NCBI GenBank assembly: GCA_046050355.1
Contig: JBJOPW010000003.1
Location: 21,760 to 85,759 of the forward strand
Source: Candidatus Parcubacteria bacterium
GTDB lineage: Bacteria; Patescibacteriota; Minisyncoccia; Phycocordibacterales; UBA918
Length of the DNA: 64,000 nt
Direction: 5' to 3'
Positions 27,102-37,587 of this stretch are shown piece by piece. Below the pieces are notes generated by a model. It had not been told where the DNA came from, made no database searches, and saw only the letters and a list, made by a program, of their open reading frames with translations. The position numbers and the translations under genes were made by a program. Positions within the stretch are counted from its first letter, which is position 1. Each line of letters opens with the position of its first letter.

Positions 27102-29570
27102 CTATTCTGTTGGTGCGGGGTCACTCGCTGCTGGTACCGTATTGACTGGCACCAACAAATCACTCTCGGGGACTGTCACCGTTGGATCGACAGTACTGTC
27201 AGTGTCATTGGGCTCAGGTTCAGTGATGGGAGTGTTTTGCTGGCCCAGTACCGCCGTGGCTGATTCCCCGCCTTCGAGGCGGGCAATAGTATCACCAAGC
27301 ACCTCATTGGCTGGATTTAGTTCCCGGACAATCCGCAATTGTTCGAGCGCGGCCGGAACGTTGTCTTCTTTTAGTAATAACAATGCGAGTAAATATCGTG
27401 CGTTTGCATACTGTGGATCGCGGGTGATCGCTTCTATAAACGCAGCTTTCGCAGCTCCATCATCACCTTTCGCTTGGAGGAGTACTCCGAGTTGGTAATA
27501 GCGACCAGCATTATTCGCTTCAAGCGCTAATATTGATTGAGTTGTCTTTATTGCCTCATCAATGTTACCAGAAGCAACATCAAGTTCAGCGAGCACACTC
27601 AAGGCATCAGTATAATTTGGCTTCTTCTGTAATGACTGCAGTAATAGAGATCTGGTGCCCTCGACGTTATTTTTTGTTAGCTCAAGGAGAGCTAACTTGA
27701 AGTCATAATACGGATTTTGCGGATCGCGGCGGACGGCTTCACTGTAGTCTCCTTTTGCTCGATCATAGGCTCCTTCAATTTTTAGTCGGGCGAGCAACTC
27801 ATAGATATCGCCACGAATTGCCCAATTACGCGCATCACTTGCTCGTTCTTTAATGGCGATATTACCGGCCTCGAGGGCGGCGGTCGTAACCGCATTAAAT
27901 TTTTCTACCTCCGTAGGAGATGATGCTCCGGCAGCGATAATCGTTGCGAGCGCCTCTAGGTAGTACTGTGCCAAATCTCTCACGTAGCCATCATGAGCAT
28001 CAAGTGTATGGGCTTTGGCAACCAACCGAGTGATAGTATCAAGTTGTGCGTCACCAGGCGGAACCTCAAGGGCGGCATTAAATGTGCGTATACTCAGCAC
28101 TTGACGGAGTAAGTAGTATTCCACCGCTACTGATAGAACCACAACAATCATCACACCAGCGATGAGAACAAACCCCGTACGTGAATCACGAAAGAGATTA
28201 AACGTAGCCATTGGCTTGTCCATGAGGATCTCATACGCCACGACAAATAGTCCCGTGGCAGTAAAGCCAAGCATCAGTATGACCGAACCGGGTACATAGA
28301 AAAGTGCAACCAGCCATACAAAGACAGCCACGGTAAAACTGATGGTAGCGATAAAATACCAAAAATAATCAGTCACCCGCGGACGAAGAAGTACGCGTGC
28401 TCCTTGCCATAGCAACAGACTCAAGAAAACCACCCACGCGACAATTGCGAATAAACCGCTCGTCACAAACCAGGTCATGAGGTAACTGCTGCCGGCGTAA
28501 AATGGTGTATTCCAAAATAATGTCGTGTTGAGTGATTGATCTTTGTATAGTTGCCAGGCCTCATGGAAGTGATTTGGTCCAGCCCCCATTATCATCCGAT
28601 CATTAAAAACACCTTTGAGGATATCCAGTGTCGCCCCTAAGGAAGGGCGGACCTCAAGGTAACTAATACCGGTCTTACTATTGATGTATGCACCGAGAGT
28701 GGTACCTCCGATGACGAACAAGATAGCCATGAGACAAGAGATTGCCAAGGCACCAACAACAACGAGTGAGGCCGGTTGACCAGAAGAAGCGACTTTTCCG
28801 ATACGACCTTTGGTCAGGGTAAACATCAAAAGGAGCAAGCTAAAAAAGCCAACTACGTACCAGGTCATGGTGAAATTTATCACACCGAGCATGACCAGCG
28901 ACGAAACAATGGTCAGGAGTACAAATACTTCTAAATATCGTGGCAAATTGAGCTGAATGAGTGAAATCAGTCCAACAATAATGACTAACGTAAAGAAGAT
29001 TGCTAGATCATTGAAGCTCCCAATAAGGGTAGCCACCGGCGAATTAACCAGCCCAAATGATAATATATCAGCGCCGAAGAGTAACCGCGCCACATGGATC
29101 AAAGCCAGTATCACCGCTGAGACACACAAGCTACCATACAAGAAAATCACCCCCGACTTAGCATCTTTAAACACTCCCATCATCAGCATGATGACCAAAC
29201 CAACCAGCAAAAAACCAACTGTATGAATCTCAAGCTGACCACCCCAAAAAGCGACGGATGATTGTGGCGCTAACAAACCAGCCCCGATACTGATGAACAC
29301 CACACTACCCCAGGCCAGTAAGAGTGTTGGCACGCGTAGCGCAATTGACCCACGACGTAATATGGCAAGACTGTAGGTCATAACCGCTGCCGTGATCATA
29401 GCGGCCATAAAGTGTGTCTTTATCGACGGCGTTAGCGCGGGTATTCCCGGCACAAAAAGAAGCGGTAGTAGTGACACGGCAACGATCAGTAACCCCCGCG
29501 TCAGCTTCATAAAAAACCTATACAATCGATCAACATTTGTTGTTTGGGGGGCAAATTGCACAAAATTCAT
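27102..29570 (-). CDS. O-antigen ligase-like membrane protein with C-terminal TPR repeats
   Basis: Many TM segments, GAGPNHF loop, TPR-like repeats, Pro/Thr tail. Confidence 0.75.
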   Translation of the reverse strand: MNFVQFAPQTTNVDRLYRFFMKLTRGLLIVAVSLLPLLFVPGIPALTPSIKTHFMAAMITAAVMTYSLAILRRGSIALRVPTLLLAWGSVVFISIGAGLLAPQSSVAFWGGQLEIHTVGFLLVGLVIMLMMGVFKDAKSGVIFLYGSLCVSAVILALIHVARLLFGADILSFGLVNSPVATLIGSFNDLAIFFTLVIIVGLISLIQLNLPRYLEVFVLLTIVSSLVMLGVINFTMTWYVVGFFSLLLLMFTLTKGRIGKVASSGQPASLVVVGALAISCLMAILFVIGGTTLGAYINSKTGISYLEVRPSLGATLDILKGVFNDRMIMGAGPNHFHEAWQLYKDQSLNTTLFWNTPFYAGSSYLMTWFVTSGLFAIVAWVVFLSLLLWQGARVLLRPRVTDYFWYFIATISFTVAVFVWLVALFYVPGSVILMLGFTATGLFVVAYEILMDKPMATFNLFRDSRTGFVLIAGVMIVVVLSVAVEYYLLRQVLSIRTFNAALEVPPGDAQLDTITRLVAKAHTLDAHDGYVRDLAQYYLEALATIIAAGASSPTEVEKFNAVTTAALEAGNIAIKERASDARNWAIRGDIYELLARLKIEGAYDRAKGDYSEAVRRDPQNPYYDFKLALLELTKNNVEGTRSLLLQSLQKKPNYTDALSVLAELDVASGNIDEAIKTTQSILALEANNAGRYYQLGVLLQAKGDDGAAKAAFIEAITRDPQYANARYLLALLLLKEDNVPAALEQLRIVRELNPANEVLGDTIARLEGGESATAVLGQQNTPITEPEPNDTDSTVDPTVTVPESDLLVPVNTVPAASDPAPTE

Positions 29571-29709
29571 ATGACAAAAAAGACTACCATTACCTCAGGC
29601 ATACGCTAATCATAGCATAAAAAATGCCTTATCTTTATTACTACGGATAAGATTTGTACATAAATGAAAGCAGTGTGTACTGGTTTTTGTGCTGTGCTCC
29701 GTAGTAACT

Positions 29710-30228
29710 CTAATTTGATTGGTTGAAAATCGACATATCTAGTGAGTCACCAGCACTAATCCCAGCTAGCGCAAATAGTCCAGGAATAGTCTCGATAACA
29801 TACCGGGCTGGTGCTGAGGGACTAAACGACGCGGGGTAGGTATCGGGCGAAATATTGGCTGCAATATGGGTAACGGTACCAGAAGCCGTTACCCAGATAA
29901 TATCAATTGGATAGGCCATATCCTTCATCCAAAATGACCACCGCTCGTCAGTCGAAAAGACAAACACCTTGACGATATCTGGCGGCAACGCTGAAGTGTT
30001 CGACAAACCTAGTGAACGTTCAGTCTCGGTGGTGGCGAGCGATGCATACACCACCTTATCCCCGAGTGTCCATGGTACCAGTGGTTCGAAGTAGCTTCGA
30101 GTGGTCGTGGTCGCTATCGGTTTTGGCATCGGCTCTGAAACTGCTGGCGGGGCATTACGTACTATAAGCAAGAGTACCAATCCACCACACACGAAGGTGA
30201 GGAGCAATAGCTTAAAAGAAGCGGACAT
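29710..30228 (-). CDS. DUF192 family protein
   Basis: ERSLGLS, FWMKDMAYPIDIIW, YVIE. Confidence 0.88.
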   Translation of the reverse strand: MSASFKLLLLTFVCGGLVLLLIVRNAPPAVSEPMPKPIATTTTRSYFEPLVPWTLGDKVVYASLATTETERSLGLSNTSALPPDIVKVFVFSTDERWSFWMKDMAYPIDIIWVTASGTVTHIAANISPDTYPASFSPSAPARYVIETIPGLFALAGISAGDSLDMSIFNQSN

Positions 30229-30616
30229 ACAAGAGATATGTCACTACCGATACTGACATACCAAGGATTGTCCCCCACGCCATATCGACGAGCGTTATCG
30301 ATAGCGGCCAACCACGTAAGGTAGCGAGGTTAGTGAGATCATACGTCGCGTACGTAAAGAAACCGAAGAGAGCACCGTAGATGAACGCGTATTGCCACTC
30401 GCCTTTTACTGCCGCTGGGTAAATAGCGAAGATAACGAGACCAACGAGAAACACCAGATAAAAGATAATGGCGGCCGTCCAATTGATATCCCCCATGATG
30501 TAGCCAAGTTTTTCTCTATAGAAGTTACTGGCTATGAAGCCGAGCCAGACCATATCAATCGCAAAAAAGATTGGTACTGAGATGAGGTACAACGTCACAA
30601 ATTGGCTGATATTCAT
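30212..30616 (-). CDS. DUF2177 membrane protein
   Basis: IDMVWL, YATYDLTNLATL..W, DMAWG. Confidence 0.88.
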   Translation of the reverse strand: MNISQFVTLYLISVPIFFAIDMVWLGFIASNFYREKLGYIMGDINWTAAIIFYLVFLVGLVIFAIYPAAVKGEWQYAFIYGALFGFFTYATYDLTNLATLRGWPLSITLVDMAWGTILGMSVSVVTYLLYVRFF

Positions 30617-30695
30617 ATACCCCAAGTATATCACGCGCCATACACAAAAACCGCCCACTACTTCGGACGGTTTTCGCGAAAACACGGTAAAGGCT

Positions 30696-31568
30696 TTACG
30701 GTTTTTTGATTGACTCAAGCATTGCCGCCACCCCAGCTAAATCTTTGTTGGTACCAGCATCAAGAATGATGGTATTGCCGTGAGCGGCCGCACTGGTGAT
30801 GGTATCAAGGCGATTGGTATCAGAAAGGAGTTGAATCGATTGTTCAGTTGAAAGTCCAGCATTTTGCATCGTCCGCATCGCTTCCTCAAGACCACGAGCA
30901 ATCGCTTCACGCATCTCTGCCATACCCTCACCTTGGAGCTTCTTACTCTCCGCCTCAGCCTGCGCTGCGCCGACGAGCTTGATACGCTGTGCTTCAGCTT
31001 CGTTGCGAGCAGCTTCCATGAGACGCTTACTCGCAATCACTTGATTGAAGGCATCGCGCACTTCAGCACTGGGCTGTGGTTCGTCTACCAGTACATTTTC
31101 GATGATGTACCCAAAGCGAGCAAACTGCGCTGAGAGTGCCGACTGGACTTCTTGCTCGACCGCATCGCGGTTGGCGTAGAGGTCGGTCATCTCCATCCCC
31201 GAAGCCGTCTGACGGACATTATTGAGGACGTAAGACGCAATCTGCTTTTCTGGGGCCTCCAGTTCGTAGTGGGCCTTCACTGCTCCCACACCATCATCAC
31301 TCGCTCGATACTGTACCTTGACGGGCAAGGTCATAAACGCGTTGTCACTGGTCTTCACCGACACATCAGCATGGATTTCTTGAATCTGTAAGTTAACCCG
31401 CGCCACAATAGCGGTAATAGGCCACGGGGCTTTGACATGGAGGCCCGGAAAAACCGCCTGCGGATGTGGTCGACCAAAGGTTTCGAGAATCGCGGCCGTC
31501 TTCCCTCGCACCACATAGAGCATGGACGGGAGGAGTAAGAGCACCAGAACGAGAATAATCCAAAACAT
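30696..31568 (-). CDS. SPFH/band-7 protein
   Basis: N-terminal TM, FGR..PGLH, KTSDN, coiled-coil AEAESKKLQGEG. Confidence 0.9.
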   Translation of the reverse strand: MFWIILVLVLLLLPSMLYVVRGKTAAILETFGRPHPQAVFPGLHVKAPWPITAIVARVNLQIQEIHADVSVKTSDNAFMTLPVKVQYRASDDGVGAVKAHYELEAPEKQIASYVLNNVRQTASGMEMTDLYANRDAVEQEVQSALSAQFARFGYIIENVLVDEPQPSAEVRDAFNQVIASKRLMEAARNEAEAQRIKLVGAAQAEAESKKLQGEGMAEMREAIARGLEEAMRTMQNAGLSTEQSIQLLSDTNRLDTITSAAAHGNTIILDAGTNKDLAGVAAMLESIKKP

Positions 31569-31637
31569 ACAATTATTGGTTACTAATTAATACTACCAGC
31601 ATAACGGAAATCTGCCCGGGTGGCTAGGACGACCCCA

Positions 31638-32444
31638 TTACTCGTGAGGTAACTCATCATCATCATGGGCACCGGCCCCGTGAGCATGTTCATCAGTAAC
31701 TGCAAACGCCACCAGTGACATCACCGCTAATCCAATGAGAAGGACCAACACGTGCTTGAGAAAGCCAACCCGATCACCATGGTGATGGGGCTTTGGTATG
31801 AGGTCATGGAGTACCACGTGGAGGAAAAATCCAGCCGCAATAGCGAGGAGCAACACCTCCAGGTCGTGACTGACAACAGCGAGGTAACTCAGTCCTATAC
31901 CAATAAAGATGGTGCTTGATACCAGGAAGTTGACGAGGAGTGCTCGCTTTGTGCTATACCCCGCTTGCCTCAAGACAAAGAATTCTGACACTTCTTGCAA
32001 GGCTTCGTGAATAAGAATTGATACCGTCACTGCCATACCAAGCGCTGGCGAGACGAGAAAGGCCGGTACCAAGATAATACCGTCGCCAATATTATGGACG
32101 GCGTCCCCCACAATCAGCTTTCGTGCACTCGTGCGATGGCCATGGTGGTCATGCTCACACTCGGGCTCATGGTGCTGGTGGGCTTCCGGTAGTAGATACT
32201 CGAGTCCCCACGCCAAGACATACCCCGCACCGATAAGGAGGACGGCCAGGAGTGCAGTGTCCGTGAGCGCAAACACCTCAAGAGCCAAGGCGCCTGAGGT
32301 TACAAGGAAGACTCCGGCCGAAAACGACACAAGGTACGACAGTCGCTCCTCAAGAAACTTGGCTGCTACTTTGTGGGTAAATAAAATACCCGTGAGTGAC
32401 GTCACCATCACAAGGAGTCCGGCACCAATAATTTGTAGTTCCAT
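31638..32444 (-). CDS. ZIP-family zinc transporter
   Basis: His-rich loop, GDAVHNIGDG, IHEALQE. Confidence 0.9.
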   Translation of the reverse strand: MELQIIGAGLLVMVTSLTGILFTHKVAAKFLEERLSYLVSFSAGVFLVTSGALALEVFALTDTALLAVLLIGAGYVLAWGLEYLLPEAHQHHEPECEHDHHGHRTSARKLIVGDAVHNIGDGIILVPAFLVSPALGMAVTVSILIHEALQEVSEFFVLRQAGYSTKRALLVNFLVSSTIFIGIGLSYLAVVSHDLEVLLLAIAAGFFLHVVLHDLIPKPHHHGDRVGFLKHVLVLLIGLAVMSLVAFAVTDEHAHGAGAHDDDELPHE

Positions 32445-32452
32445 ACAAAAAT

Positions 32453-32523
32453 TAAACGCAAGTAATTTGCATTTAGCATCATACCAAAACCACACAGCTA
32501 TTGCAAGTGACTTGCAATAGCTG
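32453..32523. promoter_or_regulatory. Two Fur-family (Zur-like) boxes
   Basis: CAGCTATTGCAAGT-G-ACTTGCAATAGCTG (32495-32523) and the weaker TAAACGCAAGTAATTTGCATTTA (32453-32475). Confidence 0.7.
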
Positions 32524-32546
32524 CCACGTCACGGTATAATTTTTAA

Positions 32547-32903
32547 ATGCAAAAGCGCTTTAGTCAAAAACGTGAAGATATACGCCAATTCCTCGCCGAA
32601 GCGAAAGAAGCGCTATCGGCAGCTCAGATAGTAGCTGCTCTTCCCCATATTGACCTCACGACGGTGTACCGGAACCTCGACCAGTTCGTGGCTGATGGCG
32701 ACGTCAAAAAAATCACGCTCGGAGGCGAAGCGCTCTACGAATACCAACCGCACCCGCATCACCACGCAGTCTGTGATACTTGTCAGCGGATTATCCACTT
32801 CACAGCGCCGGACGAAAAAATAAAACTACTGCTCGGTCTACGAGACTTTACCATTAGCAGTCTCGAGCTCACCGTTCATGGTCTCTGCGACCACCAAAAG
32901 TAG
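32547..32903 (+). CDS. Fur-family regulator, probably Zur
   Basis: TTVYRNL, HHHAVCDTC, GLC; divergent from the ZIP transporter. Confidence 0.88.
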   Translation: MQKRFSQKREDIRQFLAEAKEALSAAQIVAALPHIDLTTVYRNLDQFVADGDVKKITLGGEALYEYQPHPHHHAVCDTCQRIIHFTAPDEKIKLLLGLRDFTISSLELTVHGLCDHQK

Positions 32904-32912
32904 CAGTGGCCC

Positions 32913-34163
32913 CTACAACAAGAAGAATGCCCCTAATCCCAATAAAAAGAGTAGTCCAAATACATCGGTAGTGGTTGAAATAAAAATCATTGAGGTAGCA
33001 GCAGGATCAAAGCCGAATCGCTTCAAGATTAAAGGAGTAATCGTACCAAAAAAGCCAGCTACCATATGCACACCGAGGATACTTAAAGCGACCACGAGCC
33101 CCAACCAAAGCGATTGACCCATTATGAGTGATAAGAGGGCAACGATACACCCAATCAAACCCCCTGTCATCACGGCAGCAGCCACTTCATGCTTGAGTAC
33201 GCCAAAGCTATCCGCCAGCGACACCGATCCTAAGGTAATGCCGCGTACCGTCACCGCAAAGGTCTGACTGGCTGCGTTCCCTCCCATACCAGCGACTACC
33301 GGTATATAAATCGACAAAAATGTCAGCGCTTCCATCGTATCCTGAAACAAAAGAATGACCCCAGCCGCCAAAAAGCAAGTAGCGAGATTGAGAACCAACC
33401 ACGGGCTGCGGTTTTTGAACTTCTTCCACGCGCTATCATGAGGGCGTTCACTACTATCGACCCCAGCGATACTATACAGTGATTCAGCGGGTAGGTGTCC
33501 AAACAGATCAAGGGCGTCGTCGGCATAGATAACACCGAGCACGCTACTATCATTATCAAGCACAATCACCTTACGTCTACCTGAACTAGTGATAGTCTCT
33601 ATAATCTCCCCAACTTCCGCCTGGTACGTGATGGTAGTGACTGGTTGCGCAAATTTGGCTAGCGAGACATTACTGCGTTCTCTCACCAGTACCCCGATTG
33701 GGACTTCGCCAAGCAATTGACCCGCTTCATGAACGAGTATCTCGGGAAACTTACCAGTTTCTTCATAATGGGCTTCAATGATGTCACCAGCCTCACCAAC
33801 AGTTGTAGTGGCCGGAATAAACACGTAATTAAAATGAACCAATGCAAACGTTGCTTTGGGATGAAAGCGAAGGAAATACTCAACTTTATCCTTGATATCA
33901 GCTTTTAAGGCCGAGACAATTTTCCCACGACGATGCGGATCTTTGATGCGAGTGACCAGCCGCTCGGCCGCCTGCAAATCCATGTGATCAAGAATATCAA
34001 TAATCTCACGATCGGAAAGCTCCCGTAATATCTGTTGTTGCACATAGGCTGAGACAGATTGCAAGATAGTGCTCTGCTCACCAATGGAAAGCCCACGCAA
34101 CAAAGCTACTCGCTCTTGCGGATGATAGGTGACTTGCTTAGCTACTGCGTCGACATCATTCAT
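32913..34163 (-). CDS. mgtE: Magnesium transporter MgtE
   Basis: R.PWL..NL, GMGGNAASQT, DPA..TTTDVFG. Confidence 0.9.
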   Translation of the reverse strand: MNDVDAVAKQVTYHPQERVALLRGLSIGEQSTILQSVSAYVQQQILRELSDREIIDILDHMDLQAAERLVTRIKDPHRRGKIVSALKADIKDKVEYFLRFHPKATFALVHFNYVFIPATTTVGEAGDIIEAHYEETGKFPEILVHEAGQLLGEVPIGVLVRERSNVSLAKFAQPVTTITYQAEVGEIIETITSSGRRKVIVLDNDSSVLGVIYADDALDLFGHLPAESLYSIAGVDSSERPHDSAWKKFKNRSPWLVLNLATCFLAAGVILLFQDTMEALTFLSIYIPVVAGMGGNAASQTFAVTVRGITLGSVSLADSFGVLKHEVAAAVMTGGLIGCIVALLSLIMGQSLWLGLVVALSILGVHMVAGFFGTITPLILKRFGFDPAATSMIFISTTTDVFGLLFLLGLGAFFLL

Positions 34164-34177
34164 AGAGTCGAGAGTGA

Positions 34178-35134
34178 TTAAATGAGCACTTCAATTTTGG
34201 CGTCTTTTTTGAGCGTATCAATGTATGCACTGATCAATTCCTGTTCTTTGCCAAAGCGGATTTCTTGTTCGATTTGCGGTCGCACTTCTTCGAGTGGCGG
34301 GACCTTAACTTCAGGATTGGCAGTGACACTCTTATAGAGAGCAGCCACCTCCTCGTCAGTCACAGTGATATCGTCGGTCTTCACTGCACTATCAAGATGT
34401 GTCTGAATGAGAATCTCATCTTCAATGTCCTGCATGAGACCGTCTTTGGTAATTTTGAGCTCTACCATCCGCGCCATTAAAGCCTCTTCCCCACCTTGTG
34501 AAGCAACAATTCCTTGGTAACGCTCAGTAATCTGCTCTTCAGTTACTACGACACCAGCATTGCGAGCAGCTTGCTTCAACAGAGTGCTATTTACAAGCAC
34601 ATCAATCGCTTGTTTTTTGATTTGTTCAGCTACCGCTGGGTCACTCGCATCGGCTCCTTGTGTGGCCGCTTGAAGTGAGAGCTGCTCAACGTTCTTGTCA
34701 TAGAGTGACTGTGGGATCTTTTCACCGTTCACTTTTGCTACTGCCGCTTCAGGCATAATGAGTGCACTTACCTGATCAAAAATACCCGTGTTGACACGAC
34801 CTTGTTTTTCAAGGAGATAGAGCAGGGCTCCGCCCATCAGTACTACTATGAGAGCTGCAATACCGTATTGTTTCAATACTTGCCGGCGAGCCGATGGATT
34901 ACCAACTGTAGGTGTGGACGTCATCGTGGCAGCGATAGCTGTCGCTCCCAAGTCAGTAGAGACAGTAACCGGCGCCACACTCTCTGATGAGGTAGCAGCT
35001 ACGTTTGTCACCGCGTTAACCTCCCCATCAGTGTGTACCGTGGTACTTGTCGTTGTAGTTTCTGGCACCTGAGTTCCTGTTGACTCTGGAGTTGTTGTAG
35101 TGGTAGTGGTTGGTTCTTGCATAGTCAATAACAA
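34178..35134 (-). CDS. SurA/PrsA N-terminal domain chaperone-like protein
   Basis: Thr-rich N-terminus, TM, VAKVNGEKI, LKKDAKIEV; no PPIase domain. Confidence 0.8.
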   Translation of the reverse strand: MLLTMQEPTTTTTTTPESTGTQVPETTTTSTTVHTDGEVNAVTNVAATSSESVAPVTVSTDLGATAIAATMTSTPTVGNPSARRQVLKQYGIAALIVVLMGGALLYLLEKQGRVNTGIFDQVSALIMPEAAVAKVNGEKIPQSLYDKNVEQLSLQAATQGADASDPAVAEQIKKQAIDVLVNSTLLKQAARNAGVVVTEEQITERYQGIVASQGGEEALMARMVELKITKDGLMQDIEDEILIQTHLDSAVKTDDITVTDEEVAALYKSVTANPEVKVPPLEEVRPQIEQEIRFGKEQELISAYIDTLKKDAKIEVLI

Positions 35135-35207
35135 TCAAATCAATAAGAGCGTAATCGCACCAAAAAACAGCGCAATAACGGTGTTAGTATACCATGCTCT
35201 TTTATGA

Positions 35208-35960
35208 TTATTCTAGCGCACCCCCATGTTCAGTACTCCACGCGTACATTACAATGGCAGCCGAAGCGGCAGCATTAAGCGATTCGCAGCGCGGATGCAT
35301 CGGAATAGAAAGTAGTGTATCACAGGCTTCGCGTGTCTTTTCGCGGAGACCATGCCCTTCGTTACCAAGTACAAAGACCGCCGGCTTGGTAAAGCGCTCT
35401 TGGGGCAATGGGACCGCCCCCGCTTCACCAGCCAGTCCATACACCCAAGCCCCACGTTTCTTTAAATCACTGAGGGTGGCGTTGACATTTCGTATTTCGA
35501 CAATTGGTATCCGAAACGCCATGCCGGCCGATACTTTGACCACCGTTCCGGTCAGCGGTGCCTGATTGTGTGGCGGGATCATGACCGCTGCAAACCCACA
35601 GGCCGCAGCCGAACGAATGACAGCCCCAACATTATGGGGATCTTGTACCTCACCGAGCACTAAGATTGCTGTGTCCGGCGTTAGAGTAATAGTTTCGATA
35701 AAACGCTTGTATTCCGTCAAAAGTCCGGCCACATACACACCAGCCACCACTCCTTGGTGTACCGCATCACTCCGGAGGCCACCCGGGAGACGTTTTTCGT
35801 TTAAAAGTTTGGGTGCCACTTTAGCTCGTTCAAATTTGGCCAATAATTTGGCGTCACGAAAATCAGCCGCAACGTATAGTTCACGGACCAAGTCAGGGCG
35901 AAAACTTAACGCTTCATCAATAGCGTGTTTGCCAAATACGTAGACAAGTTCTTTTTGCAT
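35208..35960 (-). CDS. rlmB: 23S rRNA (G2251) 2'-O-methyltransferase, TrmH family
   Basis: HQGV, DPHNVGAVIRSA, GNEGHG, ESLNAA. Confidence 0.92.
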   Translation of the reverse strand: MQKELVYVFGKHAIDEALSFRPDLVRELYVAADFRDAKLLAKFERAKVAPKLLNEKRLPGGLRSDAVHQGVVAGVYVAGLLTEYKRFIETITLTPDTAILVLGEVQDPHNVGAVIRSAAACGFAAVMIPPHNQAPLTGTVVKVSAGMAFRIPIVEIRNVNATLSDLKKRGAWVYGLAGEAGAVPLPQERFTKPAVFVLGNEGHGLREKTREACDTLLSIPMHPRCESLNAAASAAIVMYAWSTEHGGALE

Positions 35961-35985
35961 GCAGGGTAGACTACCACAGCAATAA

Positions 35986-36453
35986 TTATAAACAAGTCAT
36001 TGCTTTCATACCTTCAACAACTGTTGGCGCGTCTCCCGCTTTGATCGCAGCTACTCGATCTTTACCAATAGTCTCAATAAAGCAAGCTTCGAGTTCTGGG
36101 GTGAGGGTTTTTGGCAACTTGGCTTCATCAATACCAAGTTTTGACAACAGCCGTCGCTGTTCGGGAGACAACCAATCGGCGGTAAGAGAAGCAGCTGGAG
36201 TTGGATCTGATGACTCCTCATTACTCGATACGGTATCGGTTACTGGTGAGTCTGGCACGAGAGATCCACTAAAATCAATCCCACTTTCAGTTACTTCACC
36301 ACGAATATTATTGGCAAAATTAATTACCTCATCCTTTGACGGCATGTCGGTATAGACTCGAATCAAACTAATAACCACAAAAGCCGCCGCAAAAATACCA
36401 ACAAATACTAAGACTCCAGCTGTCCATGAACGTTTACCTGGCTGCATATACAT
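35986..36453 (-). CDS. Membrane-anchored hypothetical protein
   Basis: N-terminal TM, C-terminal Cys pair. Confidence 0.65.
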   Translation of the reverse strand: MYMQPGKRSWTAGVLVFVGIFAAAFVVISLIRVYTDMPSKDEVINFANNIRGEVTESGIDFSGSLVPDSPVTDTVSSNEESSDPTPAASLTADWLSPEQRRLLSKLGIDEAKLPKTLTPELEACFIETIGKDRVAAIKAGDAPTVVEGMKAMTCL

Positions 36454-36522
36454 GACAGTATATCAGACCCCAGGAGGATGTCTTCATATATCTATCTGGT
36501 ATGATATGCATGATACTCCACT

Positions 36523-37563
36523 ATGCCAATTGTTACCCCCCGCCCACCTCGCCGCCTCACTGGGTTGCGATTCATTATTTGGACTAGTACGTTTTTGATT
36601 ATCATGGTTGGTATTGGGTTTTTGAGTCTTATTCATCTCAAATCACTCGCACTCACTACGCCAATAACTAGCGAGGTTGGAGCCCCTACAGACGGACTAC
36701 CGCCACTTCCGATTGGCGTTGATCCAGTGGCTAAAGTAATAGAAGAAAATCCAGCTGTTGACGCTTACATGGCGGACTTTGTCGCGAGCAACCATACAGA
36801 ACCAAGCCTCACCGACAACTGGCTTAACCGAGCCCTCGCTCGCCTGAGTGAACTTGATTGGTACCAAAATCTCGCTACCCCCGCCACTCGTATTTTGATT
36901 ATTCAATCTGGTGAACGACACGAAGAAATAGCAAAAAATTTCGCTCGCATTCTCCACTGGACTGACGAAGAAAAGGTCGCCTTCACCGATCGACTCATGG
37001 ACGAGGTACCGGCTGTGCGCGACGGAAAACTATACCCTGGTCGCTATGTGGTGCCAAATGACGCTGGCCCCGAAGAAGTCGCCATCGCCGTGGCTGAGCG
37101 GTTTAACGCTGAAGTACGTACTCGTTATACCGATGACGTAGCCAAAAAAATTCCCCTCAAAGACGCACTCATCATTGCTTCTCTCATCGAACGTGAGGCC
37201 TATGATTTTACCGATATGCGCTACATCTCCGGCGTCATTTGGAACCGACTCTTTATTGATATGAAATTACAAATTGATGCTACCTTACAGTACGCCCGGG
37301 GTGAACAGAGTGCAGCCGCTGGTGGTCGGTACTGGCCGGTGCCGCGACCACAAGACAAGTTCATTAAGTCTCCCTTTAATACCTATCAGAACACCGGTCT
37401 CCCGCCAGCTCCAATCGCCAACCCATCAATTGACGCCATCATCGCTGCCCTCAATCCCCGCGAGACCGACTGTCTTTTCTACTACCACACCGACGACGGT
37501 ACCTTCTACTGCAATGCGACGTACGAGGAACATGTCGCTGGTATCAAGCAGCACCTCAAATAA
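36523..37563 (+). CDS. mltG: Endolytic transglycosylase MltG
   Basis: ASLIEREA, NRL..MKLQIDAT, SPFNTY..GLPPAPIANP. Confidence 0.92.
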   Translation: MPIVTPRPPRRLTGLRFIIWTSTFLIIMVGIGFLSLIHLKSLALTTPITSEVGAPTDGLPPLPIGVDPVAKVIEENPAVDAYMADFVASNHTEPSLTDNWLNRALARLSELDWYQNLATPATRILIIQSGERHEEIAKNFARILHWTDEEKVAFTDRLMDEVPAVRDGKLYPGRYVVPNDAGPEEVAIAVAERFNAEVRTRYTDDVAKKIPLKDALIIASLIEREAYDFTDMRYISGVIWNRLFIDMKLQIDATLQYARGEQSAAAGGRYWPVPRPQDKFIKSPFNTYQNTGLPPAPIANPSIDAIIAALNPRETDCLFYYHTDDGTFYCNATYEEHVAGIKQHLK

Positions 37564-37587
37564 AAGAACGGCCAGGAGGCCGTTCTT

